A stretch of 64,000 nt of DNA from the human T2T-CHM13v2.0 reference genome, Homo sapiens: the NCBI RefSeq assembly GCF_009914755.1, contig NC_060938.1, one strand, 5' to 3'. Positions within the stretch are counted from its first letter, which is position 1; each line of letters begins with the position of its first letter. The notes below the pieces were generated by a model, which worked only from the letters and a program-made list of their open reading frames with translations, ran no database searches and was not told the origin of the DNA. Made by a program: the position numbers and the translations under genes. Of this stretch, positions 1-12,460 are shown one piece after another.

Positions 1-229
1 CTTACTACTGAAGTTTGAATAAAAACTATTTGTCCCTTTAATAGCTGAACAATTTATGCAGGGGATCCTGTCTTTTTTTTTCTTCCTACTGTGGATGTGG
101 GTGTCTTCTACACTGAGGAGGAGGGAAAGTGAGTCTACTTCTATGTTGAAAAAAAGCTCACTGCCAGGGCAGGCTTTTCCCTTCTTCTCAGGAAAGAAAT
201 GAAGACTTAACTAAAATATATTGTTAAAT

Positions 230-620
230 ATTTTAAAGCTACAGAAAGGCATAGGAATTATGTAATGAACACCCAAGTACACAGTATCCAGCTAATGAGA
301 TCAATCAATGCAATATGGTGGAAAACCCTATGCACATCCCCATTGTATTTCCTTCTAACACATACCCCCATCCTTCCTTTGCCTTCCAGAGGCAAGTCTT
401 TAAGTTTTGTCATACATTAAGGCATCTCTAAACAAACAAACAAATAAAAATAGTGTCCTTTACAGTTTTTAGACAATGTAAATAGAATCTTGCTGTATAT
501 ATGTATTCTTTTGCAACTTGCTCGTTCTGTGTTTTAGTTTTATCCATGTGGATAACATTTTATCGTGAGTTTTATCACACATGCTGCTCGATTACATAAT
601 TTCCACTATATGTTGGATAG
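230..620 (-). mobile_element. Old L1 (L1ME-like) 3' end fragment
   Basis: Degenerate resemblance to an antisense L1ME 3'UTR (acagaaaggcatagg..aatgaacacccaagtac; ttgcaacttgc..tttatccatgtggat). Confidence 0.45.
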
Positions 621-2381
621 GAATAGCACAATTTATCTCTTCCCAGAAGTCCTTCTTTCCTCCTGAACAGACAAAGAAATACTTGGAGTATTAATGGGAC
701 CCTCAGATGGCAGAATTCATAGCAAATACAATATCCACACCTAAGAGAGATTCTCACAAAGAGAACATGTCAAGAAAATGCATGCTAGATGGTGCTTTTG
801 TAGTTCTACTTTCCGCCTTTAGTTATATTGTATCTTCTTTTGCATGTATTCTGAGGTATATTTCTTTAGTCAGGTGAATTTACTCTTCCTACACATCACA
901 TTGAGTGTTTTAAATACTGAAATAAAAAACTGAGACCTGTTGTAACCTAATGTTCTTCATGGACCAAAATTGTCTAGTATGTGAGGGCATGTCTGGGTGC
1001 TTGTCTTAGTGTGTCTTTAGCCTCAGAGGAAGCAGGACTAGGTGGGGAGGGTTTGACGAGGCCAGGAGAAGCTTGCCTTGTGAAGTGGCAGGATCCAGGA
1101 AATTTCAGAAAGGCTGCTATTGACAGGGCTGGGGTGTCTTTTCTCCTTCGATCTTAGATCTCTTACTCAATGGCAGAATGCAAGAGCCTAGCAAGGTTCC
1201 ATAATGGCGAGGCTACCTCCTGGTTTTAAGGAATGAATTAACAAGTGCATTGGGCAAGGTCATGGGTTGCTGACTCCTAGGCCTGGTTTCTATTTTCTAG
1301 ACCTTCTGTCTTCTGCTACTTCTACAACTGTTAGTCATTTTCTTATCTCTTCTGCTGCGACCTCAGTAAGCCTACAGATTTTGATCTACCGAAAAGTGTT
1401 TATTAAATCCTGCTGAGTCTTCTTTTGAAATGCCCCTTATCAACATCCCATCCCTTCCACATCACTCCCCAGCCCCTCAGTCATCACTTCACACCGGGAT
1501 GGCTGGCATGGGCTCATAGCTGACTAGGTGAGGCATCCCCCTCCTGCCTAAGTCATCCTACATGCCAAAGTTATTCTTCTTCCTCAGACACTCTTATTCC
1601 ACAGATCACTGGTCTCCAAACCATCAAAGATTCCCATTTTCTCAAATATCAAATCTAAGCTTCTGTTCTGAATTTTCCAGACCCATAATTTTGTCCATCC
1701 TGCTGATTCTTACTTCCTGTTATTTCTTTGCTACCCAACTTCAGCTCTAGTTTGCCTAATCTCTCTCAGATCCATCAATATGCCATTCCAATGCCTCTCT
1801 CTGATGATACTGCTTTCCACTCCTGGAATACTTACCTTCAAACCATTCTTTCATTCATTTGTAACATATATATTAAGGGCCTTGTATGTGCTAAATCCTA
1901 GGCTTCTAAGATCAAGATTTTTTTTACCTCAACTTTTTTTTTTTACTACCTCATCTCTATTAATCTCTTTCTTTTTATTAGTCTTAACCACTTTAAACAT
2001 ATAATGTAAAAAAAATGTAAAAGTTGGACACAGTTCATTAAGGTAAAAGCAAATGTGAAGTGTGGTCCTTTCTCTTTAAATAGCAACTTCTTAAGCAGCA
2101 AAAGGGATGAAGAGAATTTCAACCTCTAGAGAAGTGTATATGGAAGGCAAGCTGTGAGAATTAAATGAAATGGAATGTGATTAACAAAGCAATGCTTTAG
2201 AACAAAATTCCTATAATCTTATTTTGTTTAGTCTTCTTTCAAATGTATTTTTTCTTCATCTCTTTTGTGAGAGGATAACTCTTTAAGGGCAAAGGCTAAG
2301 TTTTCTTCTTTGAATTACCCCAGTTTTTAAACAGTGCTAAATAAACACTTGAGCCTTGACCAACTTTCTATTGTTTCTAAC

Positions 2382-2404
2382 ATATATATATATATATATA
2401 TATA
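2382..2404. repeat. (AT)n microsatellite
   Basis: Pure AT dinucleotide run of about 11 units. Confidence 0.95.
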
Positions 2405-3714
2405 ATCCCTTGCCTATATTTCTGGGAACAATGCTGATGGAAGGAATAGTTTAGGATGCAACCACCTTCCCATCCTTATCCTCGGTTATATCTCCTAGAG
2501 AAATGGAAGCCTTTAGATAGGCAAGAGAATGCAACAATGCAATGAAAGCAGGTAAAGCCTAGGCACCCACCTACTTTCCTAGTGAGTCTACCCTTATAGA
2601 TCAGTAAAGGCATATTGTGGCATTTCCCCAGAAATATTCATCCCGATGTGTACATTTTTGATGTGCTCTCTTGTCTACATGTGTCTCCATTGTTCTAGTC
2701 ATTCCTCCAGCCAGACATATCATGAAATTTTTACAATTCTCCTAACCACAAATCTTGGTGAGACCGCTGTAGAGGAATCTAACCTGGTTCTGGGTTGGAG
2801 CTAAATTTTAGTCCAAGTCACCCTGCTACTTGTTCCAACTACTGTTTATAGCAGTGGCATGCAGATTGTGTTTTTGCTTATCTCAATAATTTTACTCCCT
2901 CTGATGAAAGTTCTTTCTAACAAAATCATAATTTGGGTTGTTTTTGGATTTCATCAGGGTTGTTCTCTATTGTGAGTTACTATTTTAGTGTTTTCTGTTT
3001 CTCTCCTACAGAACTGTCTGCTAGGACTTTTAAATTTAGAACATCGGGTCTGAACAAACAATGAAGCATGACCTTTCAGAAAAGCTGATTAAAATGTTTT
3101 TTACTTGAAGGGAAGCAAGCCATAAATGCTAAGGAAGTGAGTGATTTATGATGTAAATTTTTAATTGAAAACTAATAATAAACAGGAAGTCCAGGGATGC
3201 TGCAACAGTGTGGCTACAAGCAACCCAAGTAATTCTTCACAGTGTAATGTAAGAATTTAACTTAATCACGGGTCCAAATAAATGAAAAAAAGGAAAAGAC
3301 TCTTCATGAATGTTTCTGATAACTTGAAGGTGGTAGTTCTTTTTTACTTTGGAAAAACACTGATATCTCTATAACCATTTGGAAATTGGAATGGAGCGGG
3401 GAGGGGTGAAACCATGCTAATTGATGAAGACATAGATTTTCCGTAAAATATCTTGGCTTAATAAAGAGGCAGAATCTGTTTTTCTTTTATATCTACCCGA
3501 CTCTCTCATATTATTTCAATTTATATTTGGCCTAGGAGGACGTTATTGTAATGTTCATTTTATGGGTAAGAAAATTGGAACACAGTGGTACAATAACTCA
3601 AATTTAAAACATCAGCTGGGGAACTGGTAGTAACAATTGTTATTCCAGCACCAAACTTGTGCTCATTTTAGAAAACTAGAACATACCCTGAGAAATAGGA
3701 AGATGGCCTCATTG

Positions 3715-4120
3715 GGATGCATTTCTATGATCTGGACTAGTTCTTTCTCAGGACTACCACACCTGCAGCCTCAGGGTATTAGTGCACCCTCTTCCTGAGA
3801 AGTCCTGGCCAATAACTGAGCATGTAACAGGACCTGGTCATTTCTACCCAGTGCAGAACTCCTCTGTGGGCAGTGTTTGCATTGGAGCTCCCCACTAGGC
3901 TGACTAGGCCTTTCAGAGCTCTAGCACAACCTGGGCCTCTTCCTACCGATTACTCCTTCCCTTCCCATGTTCATCTGGGGAGATCAGAACAGACTAAAGG
4001 CTTTTCTTGGCTGCTCCTCTTGGCACTCCCCTTATCATTCATGATCTTACCACTCCCAAATCTCTTGGCACTCTTAACTCCATCGTGGTGTGTGCTTCTC
4101 CAAGAACCTGAACTGATACA
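3715..4120 (+). mobile_element. ERVL-class solo LTR, LTR16-like
   Basis: ccaataactgag..ggagctccccactaggctgactaggcct.. and terminus gtgcttctccaagaacctgaactgataca resemble the LTR16 family. Confidence 0.55.
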
Positions 4121-4510
4121 AATAGCCTATCTACAACATTGCTAGTTGGCAGAGGCATGTTTATATTAACTACTCTAATATCATTTCTATATAGTTAGAG
4201 GGTAGAACTAAGACCTTATACTGCCATCCTGATCAAACATGTAGACACTACCAATTTCCTTTTATTCCCTTCTTAAGTCTCCATGTGGGTGAGACTGTGA
4301 TCTAATACAGTGGAACAAAACATTTTTTCATTTCATGGCCCAATAAAATAAACAAGCAAAATATTAAGGAATTGATATAGTTTCCAGGTTTTTTTTAACC
4401 AGATAAAGGTATTAAAAACCATCTACATATACTATCACAATTGTTTCATAAAGATAGTACTTTTTAACAAAAAAGATGAAGAACACAATCTGAGAATCAA
4501 AAATTTTTTG

Positions 4511-5757
4511 AATTTAATTTTTTTAGAGAAGTTTCAGGTTCACAACAAAATTGAGAGGAAAGTAAAGAGAATTCCCATATGCCTCCTTCCCCCACATTTG
4601 CATAGACACACCCATTAATAACATTCCCAGTCAGAATGGTACATTTGTTATAATCAATGAACTTACAATGATATACCATTGTTACCCATAGTGCATAGTT
4701 TACACTAGAGTTCACTCTTGGTTTGGTACATTCTGCGAATTTAGGTAAACTTATAGTGACATATATCTACCATTATAGTATCATACAGAGTATTTTAACT
4801 GCCCTAAAAATTCTCTATATTCCACTTATTCATCCCTTCCTCCAATCCAACTCCTGATGACCATTGATCTTTTTACTATCTCCACAGTTTTGCCTTTTCC
4901 AAAATGTCATATAGGTGAAATCATACAGTATGCACCCTTTCCAGGTTGGTTTTTTTTCACTTAGATTACTAAATGCATTTAAGTTTCATGTATGCATTTT
5001 TTGTGACTTGATAGTGCATTTCTTTTTAGCTCTAAATAATAGTCCATTGTACAGATGTACCACAGCTTATTTATCCATTCACATATTGAAGGGCATCTTT
5101 TTCCATTTCAAGATTTGTCAGTTATGAATAAAGCTGTTTTAAACATCCATGTGTAGACTTTTGTGTAGACATAAGTTTTCAACTCTTTTGAATAGATACC
5201 AAGGAATGTGATTGCTGGACTGTATGATAAGAGTATGTCTAGTTTTGTAAGAAACCACTAAACTGTCTTCCAAAGTGGCTGTACCATTTTGCATCCCCAC
5301 CAGCAATGAATGAGAGTTCCTGTTGTTCCATATCTTTGCCAGCATTTGGTGTTGTCAGCGTACTATACTTTGGTCATTCTAATAGATGTGTAGCAGTGTC
5401 TCATTATTGTTTTAATTTGCATTTCCCTGATGATTTATGATGTGGAGCATCTTTTCTTATGTTTATTTTCCATCTGTATTTCTTCTTTAGTGAGGTATCT
5501 GTTATGGCCTTTTGCCCATTTTCTAAATTGGGGCTTTTTTGTTTAATTGTTGAGTTTTAAGAATTTTTAAAAAATATTTTAGATAACAGTCCTTTATCAG
5601 ATATGTCTTTTGCAAATATTTTCTTCCAGTCTATGCCTTGCCTTTTCAACCTCTTGACAGTGTATTTTGCAGAGCAGAAATTTTTCATTTCAATGGAGTA
5701 TAAGTTATTAATTCCTTCTTTCAAGGATTGTACCTTTAGTGACATATCTAAACGATC
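4511..5757 (-). mobile_element. L1MC1-like 3' end (end of ORF2 + 3'UTR)
   Basis: ttcaggttcacaacaaaattgagaggaaagt..ggtacatttgttataatcaatgaac..gttcactcttgg is a typical antisense L1MC 3'UTR; ORFs 5139-5345 and 5557-5745 resemble the ORF2 C-terminus (WKKIFAKDISDKGLLSKI). Confidence 0.9.
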
Positions 5758-5899
5758 ATTTTTCTCACAGTAGGATAGTTGGGAAAACTACACTAAGTTA
5801 TTAAAAGTAAATTTGTACAAAAATAACAACACCGTAAAGAGGCTAGGGCATTGGCTTCCTCCCATAAAGAACTAACTGTCACAGAAATTGCTCTCCCAG

Positions 5900-7260
5900 T
5901 GATATAGATGTATAGGTCAATGTAACAGAATAGGGAGTTCAGAAATAAATGGACACAAAAATAGTCAACTGATTTTTAATAAAAGTGCCAAAATAATTCA
6001 ATGGATATAATATTTTCAACAAATGGGACTAAAATAACTAGATATTTATATGGAAAATATGAACTTAAAAACCTTATATCATATATATAAAAGCCAGTCA
6101 ACTGTCAATGCATTATAGAGGTAAGTGTAAGAGATAAAACTATAAAACTTCTAAAAGAAAATAAAAGAGAAAATCTTTGTAACCTTTTGTTTGTAAAAAA
6201 CTATTTAGGACATAAAATGCATGAACCAAAAAATAAGAAATTATAAATTGGACTTTAGAATTCAAAATTTGCTCTCCAAAGAACATTGTTAAGAAAATAA
6301 AAAGGGAAGCCATATAGTGAAAGAAAATATTTTCAGAATATATATTTGATAAAGGATTTGTATACAAAATACATAAAAATCTCATTGCTTAATAATAATA
6401 ACATAACCCAATCAAAAAATGACAGAAAGAGTTTTTAAAAAAACACTTCACAATGAAGACATATGAATGCAAAAAGTACATATTCACTGTCACTGGTTAT
6501 CAGGGAATTTCCAATTCAAACTACAGTAAGATTCCACTACACATCCAATAGAATGGTTAAAATTAAAATATTGACAATACCAAGTTCTGACATTGCTGTG
6601 GAGCAACTGGAACTCTCATATCTTGCTAGTGAGTATGTAAAATGTTACAGCCACTTTGTAAAACAGTTTGACAGTTTCTCATACAGTTAAATATAGACTT
6701 ACCATATGACCTTGCAATTATACTGCTGAGTATTTACTCAAGAGGAATGAAAACATACATTCCTGCAAAGGTATATATGTGAATGGTCATAGCAGCTTTT
6801 TCATAGTAGCCCTAAACGGAAAAGTATTTAATGTCCACCAATAGGTAAATGAATAAACAAACTGTGGTATGTCCCTGCAATGGAATACTACTTAGCAATA
6901 AAAAGGAATGAACTACTGATACATGCAACAACACAGGTGAATTTCAAAAGCATTATTCGGAGTCTAAGAAGACTTAGACAAAACAATACATACTATATTA
7001 TCCCATTTATATGAAATTCTATAAAAGATAAAACTATAGTGACAGAAAGTTGATCGGTGGTTGCCTTGGCTCAAGGATAAGGAGAGGGTATTAATTGCAA
7101 AGGGGCAAAAGCAGACAGAACTTTTTAGTGTGAAAGAAATATTCTACATCTTGATTGCAGTGGTGGTTACATGACTGGTTATCAATATTCTGAAAGTTTA
7201 AATTAAAATTTGTGAATTTTAGTATATGTAAATTATACCTTGAAAGAACTGATATTTTAA
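5900..7260 (+). mobile_element. Old L1 (L1MD/L1ME-like) ORF2 end + 3'UTR
   Basis: ttcaacaaatgg..gtggagcaactggaactctcata..gtgaattttagtatatgtaaattatacct; ORF 6463-6690 resembles ORF2 (SLVIREFPIQTTVRFHYT). Confidence 0.85.
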
Positions 7261-7809
7261 AAGGCCTACTTTAAAAATTCTAATTCAGAAAATTACAACA
7301 TAAAATTTTGTTCTCTGTTACATATGTGTGAAATTGTGTTCTAGGCTCTATGTTTGTCAATGAACCTTGTGGTAGAGCTTGATGTCTGTCTTGGTGCACA
7401 ACTTTGTTTTCTTATCACGATGTTGTCTTACCTCTTTTTTGTTGGTGTTTAAATCAAAAGTCAAATTTCACATAAAACTTGGAAGCCAATTCAATGTCAT
7501 TTTATATTAAATATTCAGGTTTTGTTCTAAGAACTGTGTGGGGCACACAAACTTCCTCCACTTTTTTCCTCCAGGGCCTGAAAACCCTGAGATGGGGGTG
7601 TAGATCAGGAACACAGACAGTGAGAAATTCAGGGAGAGGGTAAAAGGGGACTTCTGTCTCTCCCTTAGTGACTTCTCATACCTGGAATATTGGGATGAGG
7701 CTGCTCAACAGAAAGTGATCGGGGTGATTCACATAAGCAAAAATTTTTAAGGGCAGGATTAACATTTGGGAATCACTTATCTATGGTATTCGGGTAACCG
7801 TTCTAAGCA

Positions 7810-8050
7810 CAAAGCATTGTTAAGTACACAGGATTTAGACACAGGCCATCCTGGATTTGAATCTTGGTTCTGCTAATTCTTACCTGTGTACCATTTGGAA
7901 AGTCATTAAACCTCTCACATCCTCCATTTGTGCATCTCTAAAATGGGGATACAGTTATCCATCTCACAGCATCAACGTGAAGATTAAATGAAATAATATA
8001 TGTAGAATGCTTAGTACAGCACCTGGCACATAGTAAGTGCTAAATACATG
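7810..8050 (+). mobile_element. MIR SINE, near full length
   Basis: cctggatttgaatcttggttctgc..aaacctctc..catctctaaaatggggata..cctggcacatagtaagtgct. Confidence 0.9.
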
Positions 8051-8433
8051 GAAATGATTTCCATGTTTTTGTTTGGTTTTTCTGCATTCACTGATTGCTG
8101 CCTGCTCTGTCCTTAGATCCACAAGGGGGCCCTAAAAGTGGAGCTCCTGGGAGAGAAAAGCAGGAGCCCTGTGACAGCAGGCAAGCAGGGAACAAGAGGA
8201 GTAGGACAGCTTGCAATTGTCAGTCTGGAGGTGGAACTCGGCAGCTGGGGAAATGGGAAGCAGGCACGGCCAGCCACTTCCAGGACAGAGGCCCTTGCCT
8301 CAGGACATCCATTCTTTATTTTTCTTTGGTTGGCTTCTTCTATTTATTTGTTTATTTTCAATTTACTTCATTTTCTTACATTTAAAAGGTGATATTCTCT
8401 AATAGTAAAACAGCTTTTAAAAACACAGAGATC

Positions 8434-8945
8434 ACTTAAGGGCATACTACTAAGTGAAACAAGTCCATCTAAAAAGGCTACGTACTGTATGATTTCAAGT
8501 ATATGGTATTCTGAAAGAGGCAAAACTGTGGACAGATGATAAAGGGATCAGTGTTTGTCAGGATTGGGGGTGGAAAGAAAGATTAGGTAGAGCACAGGGG
8601 ATTTTTAGAGCAGTAAAGTTGCTCAGTATGATACTAGAAGGGTGAATACATGTCTTCATACATTTGTCAAAATCCATAAAGTGTACACCACCGAGAGTAA
8701 ACTCTAATGTAAACTATGGACTTTGGTTGATAATGAAGTGTCATTTTTGGTTGATTGCTGGTAACAAATATACCACTCTGCTGGGGGATGTTGATGGTGT
8801 GGAAGTCTGCATGTGTGGTGGGAGGGGTTACATAGAAACTCTTTATACTTTTTGATCAATTTTGCTATGAATTGATTGCTATGAATTGCTATGAATTAAT
8901 TGCTACTAAAACTTCTGTGATAAACAAAATCTACTAATTTTTAAA
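8434..8945 (+). mobile_element. L1MC1-like 3'UTR fragment
   Basis: aaaaggctacgtactgtatgatttc..ctaatgtaaactatggactttgg..gtaacaaatataccactctg. Confidence 0.85.
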
Positions 8946-9221
8946 GATGAAACAAACTACCCATGATCCCACCACTTATTAAAAATAGGTGAATTCTTAT
9001 TCTCCTTTAATGGCCCTTGTGCACACACACATAGATTTTCATATAGCTGTGATTACTGAAGGATAACCACTTGACCTTCTGCATTATAATTAACCACAGA
9101 ATAGTATGCTCATTCCTTACAAGAAGCCAAAAGTTTTAATTGCTTAAGCATTTCTGCACTTAAACTAATGTATTTGTGAGATGTATTAGATATCAAACCT
9201 TAATGGAGGAGCAGAGGGTAG

Positions 9222-9395
9222 AAAGCTAACATTTCTGGAGCACTAACAAGGTACCAGGCCCTATGCCAGGTGCTTTACACATTTTATTTTATTTCATCCT
9301 TGTAACAGCTATATGAGGTAGGTGTTATTATCTCCATTTTGTGGCGAAGCAAACTGTAATTTAAAAATAATTATCAGATTAACCAAAGATCATCC
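9222..9395 (-). mobile_element. MIR fragment
   Basis: gctaacatttctggagcact..gctttacac..atgaggtaggtgttattatctccatttt. Confidence 0.8.
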
Positions 9396-9410
9396 TTGGG
9401 CAAGCTTAGA

Positions 9411-9728
9411 TGATATTTACCAAAGTGTGTTTTGTGAAACCCTGTTTTCACAGGAGGTTAAAAAGCAGATAAATAGCTAATGGATGGATGGGTGCATGCA
9501 CAGATAGCTATAGATGGATAGCCATATATGTGTATAGTTATAGGTACATATATCTCGTTCTTCTAAAAGTTTTGAGAAGATTTAGGTAAAAATTGAAGAA
9601 GCTTCTTTCTATAGGACATCTTAGGGCTTTTATATGCTAATGTCTACTGTGAATTTCAATCATTTTCCACTTTCTGGAGTAAGAATATTGCAGGAGTAGT
9701 TCCATCAAACACGATTTGAGAAACCCTA
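9411..9728. mobile_element. hAT-Charlie MITE, MER103C-like
   Basis: Degenerate terminal inverted repeats (tttaccaaagtgtgtt / aacacgatttgagaaa) and internal gggctttatatgctaatgtctactgtgaat-like motif. Confidence 0.6.
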
Positions 9729-9894
9729 ACCCATAACATTATTTATAATTTATTCAGTAGGTTAATTAGTTAATTTTAAGAATTTTCAGACTACATTCTG
9801 TATCAGTGTCCATAGAAAATTCCAAGTTTTATCTCATGATTTATTTTATCAAATGAATGATACACTTTAAGGTTAAGCCATAAAATGATGTAGA

Positions 9895-10058
9895 AGCATA
9901 GAATTATAGGCCTGGAAGAGATAATAAGAATTGAAATAGGACACTTCCCAGGCTTCAGAAAGGACAACACCTAAGCCATCATGGACAAACAGGTATCTAA
10001 CTTATTGTAAAAGCCCCCCAGGGGAGGAAATTCCCTAATCTCCCTGTAACCTATTCCA
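9895..10058 (-). mobile_element. CR1/L3 3' end fragment
   Basis: atagaattataggcctggaag..ccagggaggaaattccctaatctccc..ctattcca resembles an antisense L3 tail. Confidence 0.55.
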
Positions 10059-10194
10059 CATGCCCAGCTTTTCTGAGAAAATGATGAGTTCCTTGAAGCT
10101 CTTCTACCGTAGTGTGCAAGTGCTGAGTACTTCATTATTATATTATATGCAGATGTCTAGATTTTTAAAAGGGTGCTGGTGAGAGTAGAATAAA

Positions 10195-10325
10195 GATAGA
10201 TCTATCTATCTAGCATATGTCTATTTATCTATTTACCTATCTATCTAATCTCTATTATCTATCTAATATCTATCTATCTATCTATCCATTTATCTGTCTA
10301 TCTTCTATTTGTCTATCTACCTATC
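10195..10325. repeat. Imperfect (TCTA)n tetranucleotide repeat
   Basis: About 130 bp of interrupted tcta/tatc units. Confidence 0.9.
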
Positions 10326-10349
10326 CAGAGAGTGAAGAAATTTAAAATG

Positions 10350-11060
10350 TTGACTCAGAATCATCTTTGACTCCTTCTTCTACCTATTTCCACAGTTTCA
10401 ATTAATTATCTCATCTTGTAACTCTCCTCTCCTCTGAAGCATCTCTTGATTCAGGCTTCACCATTTTTTCTCACCACCCATGGTCGAAGACCTCCTTCTT
10501 GTTAGCTTGGATCTCTCAACTACCTCTTGAGAAATTTCCCTATCTCTACACTCTTTTCTACTTTGCCCCCACAGGGCTAACACCACCATCCTTTCTTTTC
10601 TTTTTTCTTTTTTTGTATTTGTTTTGTTTTGTTTTTAGAGACAGGGTCTCTCTATATTGCCCAGGCTGATCTCGAACTCTTGGGCCCAATTGATCCTCCT
10701 GTCTTTGCCTCCCAAGGTGCTAGGGTGACAGGTGTGAGCCACCATGCCCAGTCATCTTCATCTTAAAAGTGCAGCTCTATCATGTGCCTCCCATTTCTAA
10801 CAGACCCCCTTGCCAACAGGATAAATGTGACCCCTGTAGACTGCTCTATTTAGCTGCTTGTGATTTGGTCCCAATTCCCCTTCCCAGTCTCATCTTCAAT
10901 TATTCTTCACTGCACATGTAACAAACACATCACTAATACTGAATATTCTTTTCTGAATTTTCATATTTTCATGCCTTTTTTCATCCCTTCTGCATGAAAT
11001 TCCTTTTCCTCCTTTCTTTGTTGTGTTCTTGTTCATGTTGAAGTCCTAGCTCCTCTGGAA
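10350..11060 (+). mobile_element. L2 fragment interrupted by an Alu monomer
   Basis: atcatctttgactccttc..; ttgccaacaggataaatgtgaccc..; ccttctgcatgaaattccttttcc are L2-like pyrimidine-rich segments. Confidence 0.5.
10592..10753 (-). mobile_element. FLAM (free left Alu monomer)
   Basis: T-rich tail followed by agagacagggtctc..ttgcccaggctg..gatcctcctg..gtgagccaccatgccc; single arm only. Confidence 0.9.
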
Positions 11061-11949
11061 ATCTGCATAGGTCTGTCTAGGCCAAACTAATTGTTTTCCC
11101 ACTTTTTATATTATCCAAAACTTTTACATATTTCTCACTCACATCATTTAGAATGCTATGTTGCAAAATGTGGCAGATTTCAAACAATGGGTCATCTGAC
11201 TTTGATACATTCCATGAAGAAAGACAGCGGGAAGAGGCTGAGTGGAGCAAGTGAAGGGGAGACCAGAATGACTGATCAGCAAAGAAAATGTCATGGAGGT
11301 CACAGGAAAAGCAGATGGTGACCACGAGTGTGATGGTGATTGTGAGAGATGAAAAAAAAAAACATGAAGACACGTCGCCTTAAGAATGAGAGGGCTCTAT
11401 CTGTAATCCAGGAAAGATGGACAGGAAAGGACTGAGGGCAGGCAGAAGTTCCTCCTGTCCTCTGGAACCCAGGGGATAGAACACTGGAAAGACAGCAGCC
11501 ACACAAGCAAGAAACACCCAATGGAAGAACTCCCAACTTCTGCATCATCCTCAGGGCAGGTACTGAACAGTGTTAAGGCCAGGAACTTTGGGGCAGGGAA
11601 AGGGAAGGAGTAGTTGTCAATTTCACATCACAAGCACAGATTTAACATTGTTTTATATCAGTTATTTGTATCATTCTATAGTAAGAAAACCTGTTTCACA
11701 TTTCAGTTGTTCTCAGGACTTCTCATTGGAATAGGAGATGGCAACTTGGCAATCCTCTGTGAAGCTAAGTATGCATGAATGTTCTGAATAAGTTGCAGAA
11801 GTGATTATATTTAATAGTACTGTTGAATTGGTGAATGCATAAATGAATTAGAAATGGAACTATTTTCTCTTCAGAAATCCTCATCTAAGAAGGTCTGATA
11901 GATCCTTCTTCCTAATATGTAACTTTGCAGTATATAACTTCTATATTAG

Positions 11950-12460
11950 TTCATAGTCGGTTTAACTAAAAGGGAATAAACTTGATTCTTGAAAACACTA
12001 CAACTTATACACGTAAACAAGTATCTTTTTTCGTCCCCAAATAGTTATCTTAGACAACTGTATACTTAGGATAATGATATTGCCATTTCTGTTTTGTTAT
12101 AATTTATTGAGTGTCTGCCATGTGTTGGATCCTGTTATGAATGCTTTATTATCTCAAATTTTGCAGCATTCCTAGGAGGTAAGCATTATTATCCTAATTT
12201 TACAGATGAGAAAACTAAGTAATTAACTTGTCCAAAAGAGATAACAGCTAGGTCAGCTGGTGCCAGAGCCAGTGGTCAATCCAACTCCAATCTGGCACTA
12301 AAGCTCATATTCTAATTCTGCTGTTTGACTCAAAATATTTTTTGAGAAATGCTTTAAAACCTAAGGTAGATTCATCTAATGTACTCACTAATACATCTTT
12401 GTACTTTCAGATGAATTTGAGTTTTAAAGACAGTTAAAAGACTTTTGGAATAAAATATGT
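11950..12460. mobile_element. Old Tc1/mariner relic (MARNA-like) split by a MIR
   Basis: atagttatcttagacaactgtatactta..atgatattgccatt before the MIR and ctcaaaatattttt..gaatttgagttttaaagacagttaaaaga after it resemble contiguous MARNA sequence as I recall it. Confidence 0.4.
12098..12320 (-). mobile_element. MIR SINE
   Basis: atttattgagtgtctgccatgtg..attattatcctaattttacagatgagaaaact..taacttgtccaa. Confidence 0.85.

Noticed and set aside
11200-11560. Purine-rich segment ending cag|gtactg as a possible exon or pseudogene
   Set aside because: No acceptor, no sustained frame and no homology recognised; could be a decayed antisense L2.
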